Source: Lama guanicoe
Lineage: Eukaryota
Direction: 5' to 3'
Assembly (NCBI GenBank): GCA_013239625.1
Contig: MU053810.1
Coordinates: 3,814,071 to 3,878,070, forward strand
DNA length: 64,000 nucleotides
Numbering within the stretch: the first letter of the stretch is position 1; each line of letters opens with the position of its first letter. Positions 43,201 to 57,200 of this stretch are shown here, piece after piece. Position numbers and translations under genes: made by a program. The notes below the pieces were generated by a model, which was not told where the DNA came from, searched no databases, and was given only the letters and a program-made list of their open reading frames with translations.

Positions 43201-43952
43201 ACAGACTGGGCCTGACTGGTAGTCAGGGGAACAGAAAGGCCCGAGTTGGCCGTGACGCATGGAAGAAAGCAAACTGGTCTTTTCAGGAAATGGGACCTGA
43301 CGTTCTGGAAAGACTAGATACGTGAATCTTCACCTTCATATTTACTAGAAAGCAACACTCCAAAGAGTTTGCACATTTCCTAAAGAATTGTTTATGTATG
43401 GCGTTTAAGATACGGCTGAGAGCCCCGTGCCTGTGTGAGATGAGAGTGGACCTCCTTAAGAGGACATTTAAAATCCCCTTCCAGGTTTTACGGTTCATCT
43501 TGATGGGGTCAGTTGGCGAGGAGACAGAAAATCTGTTTGACTTCATGTTCTAGACCGCCTGGGTGCCTTAGAGAGGGAGTGACACAGGGTTAGCGCCTCA
43601 AACTTTTACATTTTAATTGAAGATCGTTCCTTCCCACCGCGAAGAGCTGGGGCACACCGCTGAGCCCAGGAAGCGCCTGGATGGATTTGGCGGTCGCTCC
43701 GGGTCTGTGCGCCCAGCTCACCAAGCACCAGCGAGCGGTTTCCTTAAGGGCTCGGAAAGATGCACAGAGAGGGCGCACTCAGTGTCCTCTTCAAGTGCGG
43801 CATGCTGGTTAGTAGACATCTGGAGAGATGGGGCAGTTATTTTAGAAATGCCTTGGAGATGGTCTCCCTTGTCAGGGAGGCAGGCCTTAGGCCAGGATGG
43901 TGAGGGCCCTCCTTCCGGAGTCCTGCTCTGTGCAGCCCACGGTCCTGTCCTG

Positions 43953-44044
43953 TTACTCAGTAGCTTCCGTGTCATTCACTGGCATGTTCTGGGGCATCGA
44001 TGGCTTCCCCAAAGACTCTTCTTCCGGGGTTCCTGACACCATCA
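43953..44044 (-). CDS. C10orf67: C10orf67 orthologue, last coding exon
   Basis: Acceptor ttctcttcatcttcccatgtattcAG; phase-1 entry gives (V)MVSGTPEEESLGKPSMPQNMPVNDTEATE-TAA, similar to the recalled human C-terminus (SESPKEESLEEPSM). Phase matches the upstream 61-nt exon. Candidate ATTAAA signal at 43617-43612. Confidence 0.8.
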
Positions 44045-47000
44045 CTGAATACATGGGAAGATGAAGAGAATTGAACTTGGTTTTACTTACTGTACATAAA
44101 CCACTCCCCTCTCCTCACCCAGAGCTCTTTGCCTCTTGTTTAGTGGGTCCTCCCAGGCCTGGCCCCAGCTGGGGGGCCTGTTCAGTATCCTGGAGCCAGG
44201 AGGGAGGTAAGACAGACCTTCAGATCCTCCTTGGCCTTCAGAATAGTTCTGTGACAGTCAAGTTTTCCCCTGAGATAGTCTTCCTGATGTGCCAGACTGG
44301 AGAAATGGCCTTAGGGGCCTGTGACCAAGGCTAGCAGATGACCTTCCTCTGAAAGTTACCGCCCCAGAATTAGGAGTCATTGTAAGAGAATAAAACAAGG
44401 CAAGGGCTGTCTTGTGTTTGGGTCCAAGGATCTAACTAAGGTTTGCATTTCCATTTGCGCTTTCAGTCTTTACTCCTTAGGAAATAGAAAACTTTGACTG
44501 AGAAGGAAAGAAAAGCAACTGGGTGGGGGTCTGAAGTTGGGGAATGGGGAAGTTTTGGCCCTCCCCACCCCCACCCCCACCCTAGGCTGGGCTCTCTGCT
44601 CTGTAGGGAGGGACATTTACCTGGTGTGTAAATTGTGAGGAAAGCGTTGGGGGTCTGAGACAGGAAAGCCACAACATGGGACGTGATGTTCCAGCTTTGA
44701 AGGGGGAACAAAGGCCCGGAGCTAATCCCAGTGAAAGCCAGGAGCGTGGAGAAGGCAACAAAGAGTGGCAGCCTGCGGTCACCGGTAGGTGTCAATGTGG
44801 ACACTTACAGCTGGGGCAGTGGGAGCGGGGAACACAGAGCCAGGCTGTCACTCGAAGGCTTAACATGAACAAAGATAAAAACGCGACAAGCTCAGCTTTC
44901 AATGGTGGGGAGGTTCAAAGTGGAGTGTTAGGGAGTGTATCTGGGTCAAGTCTTTTCTGAAGCGGGGCCGCTCCTTCTCCAGCCAAGTACCCGCCAGGGA
45001 AATCCTGAGGCCTTTTTCCCAAAGTAACTTTTCTTACTAAAAGAAGAATTCTTCAGAATAATTCCTGATTCCACCCACAGCCTAAGGGGAGAGATGGAGC
45101 TTTCAAGACTTCTGGATCCCAGAGGCCCAGGTGGCTGCATTAAGCCCTAATGAACTTGAACAGCCTTCCTTAGCTTTTGGGACAAAGGTCATGTACTCTT
45201 GCATGCATTTAATGAAAAGAAATAACATTTCCTCTTATGAAACTGTGCATACATGCAGATGAATCTATTTTAGAAAGTATTCATCCAACAGAGAAGGTTC
45301 AGTAGCAAACCACTGAAGGAATGAATAGTGGAGGCCTGGTAGAATTAAGGATGCCTGTGGTTTCTGAGTCCCTGTTAGATGTCAGCAGACAAGGCATTGG
45401 CCAGCAAATGAGTCCTCTCTATAATCTGGGAAAGATAATTGGGACTCCTCTGCTAATGCAACTGATTAGCAAAGACCATCTTAGAGAATGAGTAAGTGGA
45501 AATGACAACAAATTATGTTTATCCTGAGAATACAGACACATTGTGACCCTTAAATTCTGCTGTTAGAAGCAAAATACAAGTCTAAAAAATGACCATATAA
45601 TAAAATTCTGATTTGCTTTAGTTGAAGTAAGTCTCCTAAATGATAATAATAAAAAAGGATGTAAATATCCTTAAAAGACTAATGACATTTCACAGGTAAT
45701 GCAATTTAGAAAGAAACACTTCCATGTTTTCTTTTCCAACAATGTGCATTTTTGTAAACTGCTATAAATTGCAATTCAAAAGCACTGATCTCGCCATCCC
45801 CAATCATTTTTTATACTGATCAAATGAATGCAGATACTCCCATTTGGGAGGGGCGACATGACATTTCACTTGGCAGTTCTAAACAGGTCACAGACCTTTC
45901 ACAGACCCTAAGGCAGTGGGAGGGAGCTCTTTACTAAACCGTGTAACCAAATCAAACCAATGGTTACCCCTTTTCAAAACCATTGGAATGGTTTGCACAA
46001 TGCTATTCACATAGCAGCACAGAAACTGAAAGGATGGTCATCCAATGGAAATTTCTTTCCTTTTGTTTACACTTGCAGAGCACAAAAAGTAATACTTGGA
46101 GGAAAACAATGACATTTGCGATGATAAAAATCATAAACAATGAACATGCATTTTGGTTGGCCTGACCCGACATAGCTGTGGCCATCCATTGGTATGTATA
46201 TATATGCACACGTATGTATATATGTGCATGTATATTTATTGGAGATGTTGCTTTGTTTGAAACCTTAGGCACAAAGACACAACATGGCTGCCCTCAAGAT
46301 GACCTATTGCTTTCAAGTTGCTTGAACACATCAGAATTTCCATTGTTAAGGTTGATTAATTGAAACTGATAAGTTACCATGAATAAAGATTGTTTTTCTG
46401 TTTAATGTGGTGGGCCTGATTTGGTAAATGCCTCATTCATGTAGCTTTGCAGTGCAGCATATGGGCAAGACTCGTTCAGCATCACAAACATATACAATTT
46501 ATTATGCTTGTATGGGCACAACCAAAAGGCTTTTCTGTGTTAATGACAAAGTTTCAATGAAAAATCCCATTTAAAGAGTCACTAGGAACATGAGGTATGA
46601 TTTTGTAATTTATTCTTAGAGTTTCCATCTCTGAGTTCTTGTGAGTAGTTTAAAAGATATTACATTTAAATATAGAAAAAAATGCATACCAATCCAAATG
46701 TGATACCTTAGCATCAGTCATTGAGAATATAGCAGAATTTATCATAAATGTTACAGATGTAGGAAGAGAAAGTGCCTTTTCATCTGATGTCACCTTGTGT
46801 GTTCTGTTACTGATAAAGTTACCATAAATGTTTCATTAAGGTGCCATCAGTGAGAGCTCACAGCGCCCAGTTTACAAGAAAATGCAAAGGATGTTGGTGA
46901 ATAACATGTTAGCTCCCTGATGACTTTTTTACCCCTTAATAAATGAAATCAGAAGACAATATTTAAAAATAATTTAGGGACTACTGCATGAAAATACAGT

Positions 47001-49841
47001 AGATTCACTAATTTTTTCACAACTTTATTACTGTTAACTTCCTTTACTTTAAAGCTGATGTCACTTTTTAAAACACTAACTACATTAAAAACTGTCATGA
47101 ATATTTACCGATAAAGGTAAGTTTTGAAACTTTTTCTGATGATGTCGCACAGAAACGTTTCTCCCCTTTTTCATCAGGGCTGCTCATGTGATCACCAGAA
47201 GAATAATAACAACAAAAATATATGAGACACTTGCTAATGAACTAAAGCAATGACTGTATCAAACCATCAAAAGGATCGTTACCATATTCAGCCTTTAATG
47301 TCTTATCAAATAAATTCTCTGGTCATTCATGTCCATGAAACAGTTCAAGTTCACCCAACATTTCTCAATCAAATTAGATGCATAATCTCAGTTCAACTAT
47401 TCTGGAGAGTAATAAACCACATTGGTCACAGATGACCACCGCTCGCATGCAATTCATAAAGGCCTGGGTGTCCACTGGATGGCTGATCAGTGCACCGTCA
47501 CTTGTAAAATTCCCTCCTGCATTTTGGAGTGATAATCTGTATCTAATTTTTAAAGAAAAATTTACTCTCCTTTCACTCTTCTGAGGCCAACTTCTTTTCG
47601 GGACCTGAATAGAGATCATTGGTGTAACAGTACCAAGTAGCTTTGTTTGGTATGTGTGTAACAAAAACCCACCTCTTTGTAGAACATAACAAATTATGCG
47701 ATGTTCACAGATGCGCTTCACATTGTGCCTTTTGTGAGAAAATCAAGGCCCAGCCCCCCTCTTTATGAAAGCCTGGCTCCCAGTGCAATCTGCCCTCGTC
47801 CTAGGGAAAATCATTAGACCTAATATGGAAGCTTCAGATAGTTATTTAAAAGGGGATTTTTCATTCGGACTTTCGGTCTTTGTGATTTGCGCAAGTTATG
47901 AATTTGAAGTTACAAGCAAACTTGTTCCTATAAACAAGCAAGGAGGATTGAAACTTCAGTTGCTCCCCTAGCCCACATTTGATGTCTGGATATTTATCAC
48001 AAATGCTGTTTTCACACAATGTCATGCTTGAATTTATAGGCAGCCAAAGAAATACAGTAATTTTTCCATTACAATTTTTTAAATGTACACACCCCAAATG
48101 CTTTATAGATATCTTTCTATAGTTTGGCTTTTTATGATCTTTACGGGGGAAGAGGCTACTAACAGACAAGCCTGATTGTAAGGAGGTAGCAATTTCTGCA
48201 GAAATGGTGACGACCGCAGAGAGGCCGTCTCAGGTTCACCCTGCCTCATGGGCCCTCCAATAAATCCTGGTAGGACTCATTGAATGTGCTAGTCTCTGAG
48301 TGTCAGACTTAGAATAGAAATTCCAAGTCCTGAGAAGACTGTGCATCCTCAGCTCCTAAAATTTTGCTCATAAAGTCTCTGTGGAATGAATGAATGAACG
48401 AGCAAACAGAATGTGAAACCTAGGAGGCTGAGTAGTGTGGTCCCTTTCCAGTTGCCTCCCACACTGACGGGTCTTAGTCACGAGACTTGCTTTGACTCAT
48501 GAGACAGGAGCTGACGTGGTGCCAACCGAATTCCAGTCCTGGTGCAGTGGATGGAGCTCACTTTCTTTTTGCTGCTCTTAAGAACCCTGACACCACCATG
48601 AAAGCAAGATTGGGTTTGCCTGATCAGTGATGCGAAATATAAGGTATGGTTGCCCCTGTCACCCCAGCAGCCAGCCAGCCTAAGGCCATCAATGGCCAGC
48701 TAACCACAGAATATGAGCGAGTCCCAGCAAGAGAAGGCAGAGGACCTACCGCCAAGGCGCAGGCATGCATCAAGGCCCAGGAGCATGCAACAGCCTGGAG
48801 TCACGGGGAACAGGAAATCATCTGCTCTGACTGGATCAGAGCGCTCCTGGTGGGGAGAGGTAGGGATTATGCGTGGCCTTATATGCTCAGCTGAAGAATT
48901 TACTGTCATCCTGAAAGCCACAGGCATCTATGGAAGGATTAAGCAGAGGAATAACAAAGTGTGTCAGAGTGAATCAAAGAATGAAATCCTTAGGGACTCC
49001 AACACATAAGACTCAGAGCAGGGGCAGGATTGCGGAACTAGGAGAGACTGGGGAGGACACTCTGAGAACTGGGGGGAGGAGGATAGAGCAGGCTGGTGTC
49101 TTGGGGTCAAGAGGAGAGCATCTCAAGAGATGAGGGAGGCTCATTAGCAACAAAATGCAAGGGGTGTGGCCAAGTGAGAGGAGACATACTGGGGACACTG
49201 GAAAGCCTATTCCACACCTGGAGGATTCTGGTCACCTAGGGAGGAGCCAAGTCAGGGAGCTGTGGAGCCAGAAGCCACAGGGAGTAACCTGGGGCTGGAG
49301 AAGGAGAGAGAGCAGTTCCCGATTTCCCTCTGGGGGTGCTGACATTAAAGGTGAGGAGGAGCAGAGGGCGCTCACTTGAACAGGAAGGGGAGGGGTGAGT
49401 AAGAAAAGGAGGCGTCGACACGTTTATAGGAAGAGAGCACTGGACACGGTGGGACCCTTTAGTCTGAAGACGAATGGGGAGGTTGTCAGGTTATAATCCA
49501 AGTTCATACAATCACAAGTCTGAGTGGAGCGAACTTCAGACTCAGTTTTACTAAACATTTATCGATCACTTACTGACTGCCAGGGAAGTGGCAGGCACAT
49601 TTATATGCACTAGCCTTATCACATTTGATTCCTTAACACTACAATGTATTTTGAGGTGGGAAGAAGTAGCCTGCTAATGAGTCAAGGAGAAATGTCTCCA
49701 TTACGTGGAAAGTCAATGGCAGAACTCCTAATCCTAAGATGTGATGCCAACTAGAAATACACGGTCCCTGAACGCAGCTGGGATGGTGGCTGTCCAGCTA
49801 CTGAATGTGGATGTCACACAGAAGTTATTAAACTGCCCTCC

Positions 49842-50297
49842 TGTCTTTAGCTTCCTAGGGCTGCTATAACAAAGTAACATAAGCCAGACAGCTTAAAACA
49901 ATACATATGTATTCTCTCAGAGTTCTGGAGGCTGGAAATCTGAAATTGAGGTGTTGGCAGGACCATGCTCACTCTCAGACTTTGGGCAGAATCTCTCCTT
50001 GCCTCTTCCTAACTTCTGGCAGTGGCTGGACATCCTTTGAGGGGGTGGCTCCCTGGCCTCTCTCCAATCTGTCTCTGTCATTACATAGGATTCTCCCTGT
50101 GCATCTCTGGGTCCCAACTTCTCTCTTCCTATAAGGACACTGGTCATGTTGGATTAGGGCCCACCCTAAGGACCTCATCTTAACTTGATTACATCTGCAA
50201 AGACCCTGTTTTACAAATAAGGTCACATTCACTGGAACCGGGGTTGGGGTTTCAACAAACCTTCTGAGAGAGAGAGGACATAATTCAACCCATAACA
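49842..50297 (-). mobile_element. MLT1C-like solo LTR
   Basis: ctagggctgctataacaaagta...ttctggaggctggaaatctgaaat...ataaggtcacattc...ataattcaacccataaca. Confidence 0.8.
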
Positions 50298-50754
50298 CAT
50301 CCTTTTTCATTGAAGGTAATTTATTCCCTATTTCAGACAGAACACAAGGGGAAAGGACTCTTACTAAGATGCACCAGAGACTTTTAAGATGTTCTTTTAA
50401 AAAATGGTAAATATTGGTAGATATTTGATGCATGCTTTTGATGCACAGGATAACAATAAATGTGGCCATTGTTTACAAAGGGAAAGTGTTCTTAGAATAG
50501 ATTGTGTACTTAAGGTAAGGCTGAAATCAAATGAAGGGTCTTTGGCCCGGAAACATGAAGAAACCTGGTTTGAACATACAGGAATTTTTTGGTGGGGGGA
50601 GGAGGAAGTACATTGTAACAAGTTCATGATTTAGTATAATGTATGGATGTGATAATTACAACTGAAAAAGGAAAAAACCCGAAGACATACTGGGCAAAAC
50701 AAGAAAAACATTTCTCAGGTAAAGAAGTGTAAAGTGACCAAGACTCTTGGACCC

Positions 50755-51178
50755 ATTTGTGTCTCCTCCAAAGACACTGGACTCCTAATGTCCAGTCCCT
50801 GTGAATGTGATCTTATTTGGAAGTAGGTACTTCGTTGCAGATGATGGAGATAAGATGAAGTCATTAGGGTGCACACTGATCCAGTATGTCACTGTCCTCA
50901 TAAAAAGGGGAAAGTATACACACACAAAGGGAAGCCAATGTGAAGACATGGGAGAAGACTGCCACCTACAAGCAAAGGGACACCTGAGGTTCTGGAAGCT
51001 CAGAGAGCAGCACGGAACATGCTCCCCACCACCTCCCACAGCCCTCAGAAGGAACCAACTCTACTGATGCCTTGATTTCAAACCTCCAGCCTTCAGAGCT
51101 GGGAGATCATGAATTCCTGTGGTTTAGCCAATCAGGTGGCTTTCTTTTGTTACAGCAGCGCTAGGAAACACATACACA
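50755..51178 (+). mobile_element. MLT1B-like solo LTR
   Basis: gtgaatgtgatcttatttggaagtagg...ccacagccctcagaaggaaccaac...ccttgatttcaaacctccagccttcagagct. Confidence 0.8.
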
Positions 51179-52260
51179 GGCTGAAACCACAGGCCTGTCT
51201 AATTCCAGCTGCAGAAGTTCATACTGACAGTCAGGAAGAAAGCTCCCTTTTTGCCACAGAGGCTAAATGTGCTCCATGTTGGGTGAAAGAACAAATCAGT
51301 CCTTGAAGACAGAAGTATGAATGAAAGGAAACTGGGAGAAAAAAAAGTTTCTAACCTGGGGCTCAGGCTTTTGAGAAAGCTATGGGTTTAGGGAGGCTTG
51401 GAGGCAAAACTTACTTCACTCAGAGGAACTGAGCCAAGCCACTGGATGGCTTCAAGACCCTAATGTCACAGCAGAAGGGACACCCCAAACTTAAAAGAAC
51501 TGCGTAGACTGAGAGTGAGAGGAGCAGAAGTGTGTGCAGTCACAGACCTGTATTTAGGAAATCCTGCATTCAGGTTGGAGGCCTGGGGGTGGGGAGGAGA
51601 GCGAGAGTAAGAGCGAATGCATATGAATGACTGAATGATGGAGAGAAACTTGAGCCTGTAAACCAAAGTTCTAAAATAAATAAAAGAACAGAAAGATAAG
51701 GTATCAGAACACAAATTCACTTAAGTTGGTGAAACAGTCTGACAAAGATTTAAAAAACATGTATGTTTAGTATGTTCAAAGAAATAGCGGGTAGTGCCCA
51801 CTAAAAAAAATAAATTATGATAGAAAACAGGCCAGAATAAAATAAGAACTGGCGGCTATGAAAATGAATCCATTTAAAGTCTTGGGAAATTTTTTTTTTG
51901 AAGTCACTAAAATGAAAATACAACATAGGCTAAATTGGGCATAGCTGAAGAGAGGATTAGAAAATTGGAAAAGGTAAGATTGAGGAATCCAGCCATATGC
52001 ACAACAGAGAAATACACATAAAAATCAGAAAATTTAGGTTAGAGGCATGAGAAGAGATTGTGAGGTGCTTCAGAAGAAAATAATGTAGAGAATGTTACAC
52101 AAGCAATATCTGAAAAGATAGTAGCTGAGAAATTTCTAGAACTAAAGAAAGATATGAGTCATCAAATCCAAACTGTACTCTGAATATTTATAAAGATAAA
52201 ATATATTTTATACAATGAGTACATTGTAGTAAAACTACAGCCCATCAGGAATAAAAACTA

Positions 52261-52304
52261 CATTGTAAAATGACTATAACTCAATAAAAAATGTTAAAAA
52301 AAAC
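52261..52304 (+). mobile_element. 44-bp extreme 3' tip of a young L1 with perfect 12-bp TSD
   Basis: cattgtaaaatgactataactcaataaaaaatgttaaaaaaaac between GAATAAAAACTA repeats at 52249-52260 and 52305-52316. Confidence 0.8.
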
Positions 52305-54049
52305 GAATAAAAACTAAACCTTAAATGCTACCGTAAAGAAAACACAAAATGACCATTAACAGTTAACAAATTGACAACAGACGTCAATAACCCTAAGAAG
52401 AGGCTCAAAGGCAATGGTATAATAACAAAATGTGGAGGAAAAAATAACTGCCAACCTAGAATATTGTATCTTGCTTAAACTGTCCTCAAGAGTGAGATAA
52501 AATTAAGACAAACAGAATTTACTATCAATAGGTCCTCACTAAACAAATTTTTGAAGTAATGTTACTTTTTAACATACACATACACTAAAATATAAGATAT
52601 ACACATATACTAAAACATAAGACATACACATAAACATACACACCAAAATAAAAGAAATAGAGCTTGTGGCTTTCAGACCCACCAGAGGAGAAACAATATA
52701 ACAATATCAATCCCCAAGAAAGCATGAAAACAGACATTAGGAAGTAAAGCAAAATATCAGGAAGTAAAAAGTGAGATAGTAGAAATAAGTCTAAATTTAT
52801 CAATAACTGTAATTGTTGTAAATAGAATAAATTCATTCATTAAAAAGTAGATATTATCAAAGAGAAACTAAAAAGTAAAAGATCTAATTTTAAGTTGCTC
52901 AAAAGAGAAAAATCAAATATAAAGAATTATAAAATGACTAAAAATAAAAGGATGGGAAAAGAAATTTAATGCAAATGCTAATAAAAAGGAAGCTATTATA
53001 GTGTTATTTATATCAGACACAGTAGAATTTGAGGCATCAAGGAATTACAAGAGATACAGAGGAATATTGTATACAATGAATCACCAAGGAAAAAAATATA
53101 ATAAATTAGGATGCATTTTATGCAGACTTGAAATATGTTAAACAGAAATGAACAGTTATTAAGAGAAACCAATAAATTCTTAATTACAGTGAGATATTTT
53201 TACATTTTTCTCAGAAAAATAAGAGATTAAGCATAAAATAATTAGAATAGAAAACATTTGAATTAAAAAATTAACAGGATGACCGAATAGGTACAGAATT
53301 CTGCACTCAAAAAATAGAAAAGAAAAATTACTTTCAAGTTTGTATGGAAAGCTTACAAAGTACTCACAAAGGAAATCTGTACAAATTTCCAAGGATCAAT
53401 GTCTTACACTCCAGATCCTCTGACTTAAATACAATTAAATTAGAAGTCATTATTTAAAGTAAAGCAATCACAACAAAATATGTTTAAAATCTCCCATTAA
53501 CATGTGAGGTAATCATGATGGCAAGAAAATATTTAGAACTAAGCAAAAATTGAAGTATTATATGTCAAGATTTCTAGAATACAGCTAAAATAGTTTTTAG
53601 AGTCATAAATGCATTTTTTTTAAAAAATGAGTAAGGTGTAGGAAAAACACACAGAAAAATATCTTTCAAAAATAGAAGACAATAATAGAGAAAAATAAAT
53701 CAGAAAACCCAAAAATAGCAGAGTGAGTCAAAAAACCCAAGAATTTTTAGTACTTTAGAAAAGACTAAAATTTGTATAATACTCTAGCAGGATTAAGAAT
53801 AAACAAATGGTGAATATATTAAACAATGTTAGGGACAGAAAAGGGGACACAATTATGGAGATTATGGAATTCATAGGAGAATATAATTAACAAGTTTATC
53901 TCAACATATTTGAAAACCTAGATAAAATGGATTAATGACCTAGAAGAAATGTTGCTGAAACTGACTTATAACCATTAAAGAAACTAAATTGGTATTCAGA
54001 AATCTCTCCCACCTTCATAAAAGACACATGGTCTGTTGGCCAGATAGTA

Positions 54050-54079
54050 AAAAACAAAAACAAAAACAAAAACAAAAAC
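54050..54079. repeat. (CAAAAA)n simple repeat
   Basis: aaaacaaaaacaaaaacaaaaacaaaaac. Confidence 0.85.
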
Positions 54080-55779
54080 TATCAAAGAAAAGATAATGCT
54101 ATTTTATACAAACTTTAGCAGTCTCAAATAAGGGGTGGAGCTAACCAATTCTATGAGTCAAGTATAATTTTTATATCCAAACTAGAAAAGGGTAGTTCAG
54201 GAGAAAAATTGTATAGACCAAACTCAGAAGAAGAATCTTAACCTTAATTTTCTACTATTTTATTTATCTATGAACACAAATTAGGAAATGCACATATGAT
54301 TCAATATAAGACATTTTTAACGTATTTCAACACTAACAGATTAAAGGAGAAATATCACAATTATTAGCTCAATAGGTAGAAATAAAAGTTGGCCATCAAT
54401 TTGTTATAAAAACTTTTAGCACTTGCAATAGAAGACAGTATTATTGACTTGAGAAAGAAGAGCTATGACAAACCTAAATGGACATTATACTTAATGGTGA
54501 CACTTTAGAAACTGTCCTATTGAGAGAAACAAGACAAGGGGGACACTGACTGTTCTATTCAGTAGCATACTGACAATCCTAGCCAGTGCAATAAGAAAAG
54601 GAAAAAAAAAAGTGGTGCACAAAGATTGGGTGAGACAAGTCTTTTAAGTTCTAGATGATGTGATTGTCTAATAAAAATGAGAAGAGACTTTTCAGACAAA
54701 CTTTTAGACTCAACAGAGTTCAGCAAGTTTATTGGAACAAACATCAAAATATACAATCAAATACTCAACAGTAATAAACACTTAGAATACATCATAGAAA
54801 AACAAAGATTTCATTTGTAATAGTAACAAAAACTGTAAGATAGTTACATTTATTAGTTACTTAGGAACAAATCTAATAAAAGAAGTGTAAGACCTTTATG
54901 ATGATATTACAAAACATCATTATAAAGAAGATACATAGGAATCTCCAGATCAATGCAAAGTTATATTCAGAGCTGGGAGGACTCACTGATATAAAAATAT
55001 TTGTTCTTTCCAGATTGATCCTTAAATCAAAATGTCAACAGTTTTTTCATGGATCTTGAAATGATAAACCTCAAATTCATACAAAAAGCAAAAGACCCAA
55101 GAGAGGCTAAGACGATTTTGAAGAATAAGATGGAGGCACTTACTGTGCCAGATACCAAAGTTTTATTTTAAAGCCAAAGTTATTAAGACCCTGGCATTAG
55201 AGCAGTAAGACAAATAGGTCAACTGCAGAGAATGGAGAGCCTAGAAAAGGTCTAAGCTTGTGTGGAAACACAACATGTGTCAGAGGTAGCATTACAAACC
55301 AGGAGCGGGGGAGATATACGGTGGTGGGACAATCAGCTAGTCTATTGGAACAAAAAAGTTACACTCCAAAATCATACCAAATAATAAATAAATTCCAAAA
55401 GACGATGTAGAATTACCTTTATTAACTCAGAGTAGGACAATTTATCTAAAAAACATAATAAAAGAACAATGCATAAATTAAAAGATTGAAAACATAATTA
55501 TCTGAAAAAAACTTTGAACCCACAAAAGACATCAAAAGCAAAGTTAAAATACACACCAGAAATAATGTGAAGATATTTGTGAAATATAAAACTGACAAAA
55601 GGTAAACATTCAGAATTTATAGAAACTCCTACAAATCAATAAGAAACATATGAATAACCACATCATATAAAAGTGCTCAACTGCTAATAACAAGCAATTC
55701 ACAGAAGAGGAAACCAAAATGAATAGTCAAATAACAATCATTCTCACTAGTTATTGGGGAATTTCAAATTAAAAAATGA

Positions 55780-55814
55780 GGGGGTATAGCTCAGGGGTAG
55801 AGCATTTGACTGCA
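55780..55814 (+). pseudogene. 5' half of tRNA-Cys(GCA), tailless retropseudogene
   Basis: GGGGGTATAGCTCAGGGGTAGAGCATTTGACTGCA matches the 5' 35 nt of mammalian tRNA-Cys-GCA and ends at the anticodon. Flanked by near-identical 16-bp repeats; no poly(A) tail. Confidence 0.85.
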
Positions 55815-56909
55815 AATTTTAAAATGAGATATAATTTCACATCTATCAGGTTGGCAAAAATTAAAAACTATGGCAACCTCAAGTGTTAGTAAGAATATGG
55901 AACAATACAAACTCATAAACTACTGGTATGAGTGTAAATCATTGTAACCATTTAATAGCACAATTTGACAGTATCTGGTAAAGTTAAAGATGGATATACT
56001 TTAACTCAGCAATTGCATTTACTCTAGTGAAACTCTTCATTGTAAGACTATGAGGCACGTACAGGGATGTTTATAATAGCAGCTGTGCTTTTGACTGCAA
56101 GAAATTGAGAACCTGAATTCACAACAGGAGCGAGAATATACTATAGCATATCATACAGTGAATATACTTATACAACATGTAAAATAAGTGAACTCAAGCT
56201 GCATGCAGCAAGACACTACAATTAAATTTCCAAAACATAACATAATTTATGGGGAAAGAAAGAATACATACATTCCACGCTCATGTATACGATGCTTGAA
56301 AACATGCCAAATGATGTTACACATATATCGCGCATGTGTAGAAATACTATGAATTACGCAAGATTGACCAGTGCTAAAATCAGGGCAGTGGTTACCTCTG
56401 GGGAGGGAGGGAGGGAAATGGTTGTCGGGGGCTTCAAATCTTCTTCCTATTTTCTTTCTTTTATGAATCAATCGTGGCAAAATCTAACAAGAGTCAGGGG
56501 GTGTTCAACATGTAATTCTGTGTTTTCTGAATATTTGAAATATTTCATGATAAACATACAAATAGTTTCTATAGCAAATATGTCTATGAGGAAATTAAGG
56601 CTTTCCTCAGTTCATTCTTATGGATATGAAAACACAAATAATAAGATTATTTTATAATTTTTTGTCACTGTAGCTTACATTTGTGTAGAATGTAACAGTA
56701 CCCAACACACTTCTCCCTACAGCCTACTTTTTCCCACATGATTGTTTCACGCAAGAAGAGGAACGTACATTAAAGAATCGGAACCAGCCAGGAATGTGAT
56801 ATAGGCTGATGACTGGAGCTCAGGGACACTGACCCAAAAATCCCCACTTTTCTGATCTCAATTTATTCCCTCAAATTCCAAAACTGGGGTTCCTCCCGTT
56901 GAAAGGAGC

Positions 56910-57200
56910 ATTCACATAGAAAACAAACTGTGGTTATATAGCAGGGGAAATGTGGGTGGTTTGGGGAGGGATAGATTAGGAGTTTGGGATTAACACATAC
57001 ACATTACCATACATAAAACAGACAAACAACAAAGACCTATTGTATAGCATAGGGAACTATATTCAGTATCTTGTAACAAGCTGTGCTGGAAAAAAAATGT
57101 ATGTATGTGTATGTATAACTGAATGGCTTTGCTGTACACCTGAAACTAACACTGTAAATCGACTACACTTCAATAATAAGTAGGAATTTTTTAAAAAAGA
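56910..57200 (+). mobile_element. Artiodactyl-type L1 3'UTR fragment
   Basis: gatagattaggagtttgggattaacacatacaca...tgtatagcatagggaactatattcagtatcttg...ctgtacacctgaaactaacactgtaaatcgactac. Confidence 0.85.

Larger units (their letters stand above)
51700..56560 (+). mobile_element. Long, heavily degraded ancient L1M element (ORF1, ORF2 and 3'UTR remnants)
   Basis: About 4.9 kb of A-rich sequence with L1 landmarks in order (tagctgagaaatttctagaact; tttgaaaacctagataaaatgga; aacaagacaaggg; cctagccagtgcaataaga; acaagcaattcacagaagaggaaacc; gtggttacctctggggagg); no intact ORF. Confidence 0.8.

Noticed and set aside
55780..55814. Functional tRNA-Cys gene
   Set aside because: Only the 5' half is present; no T-arm/B-box or 3' acceptor strand.
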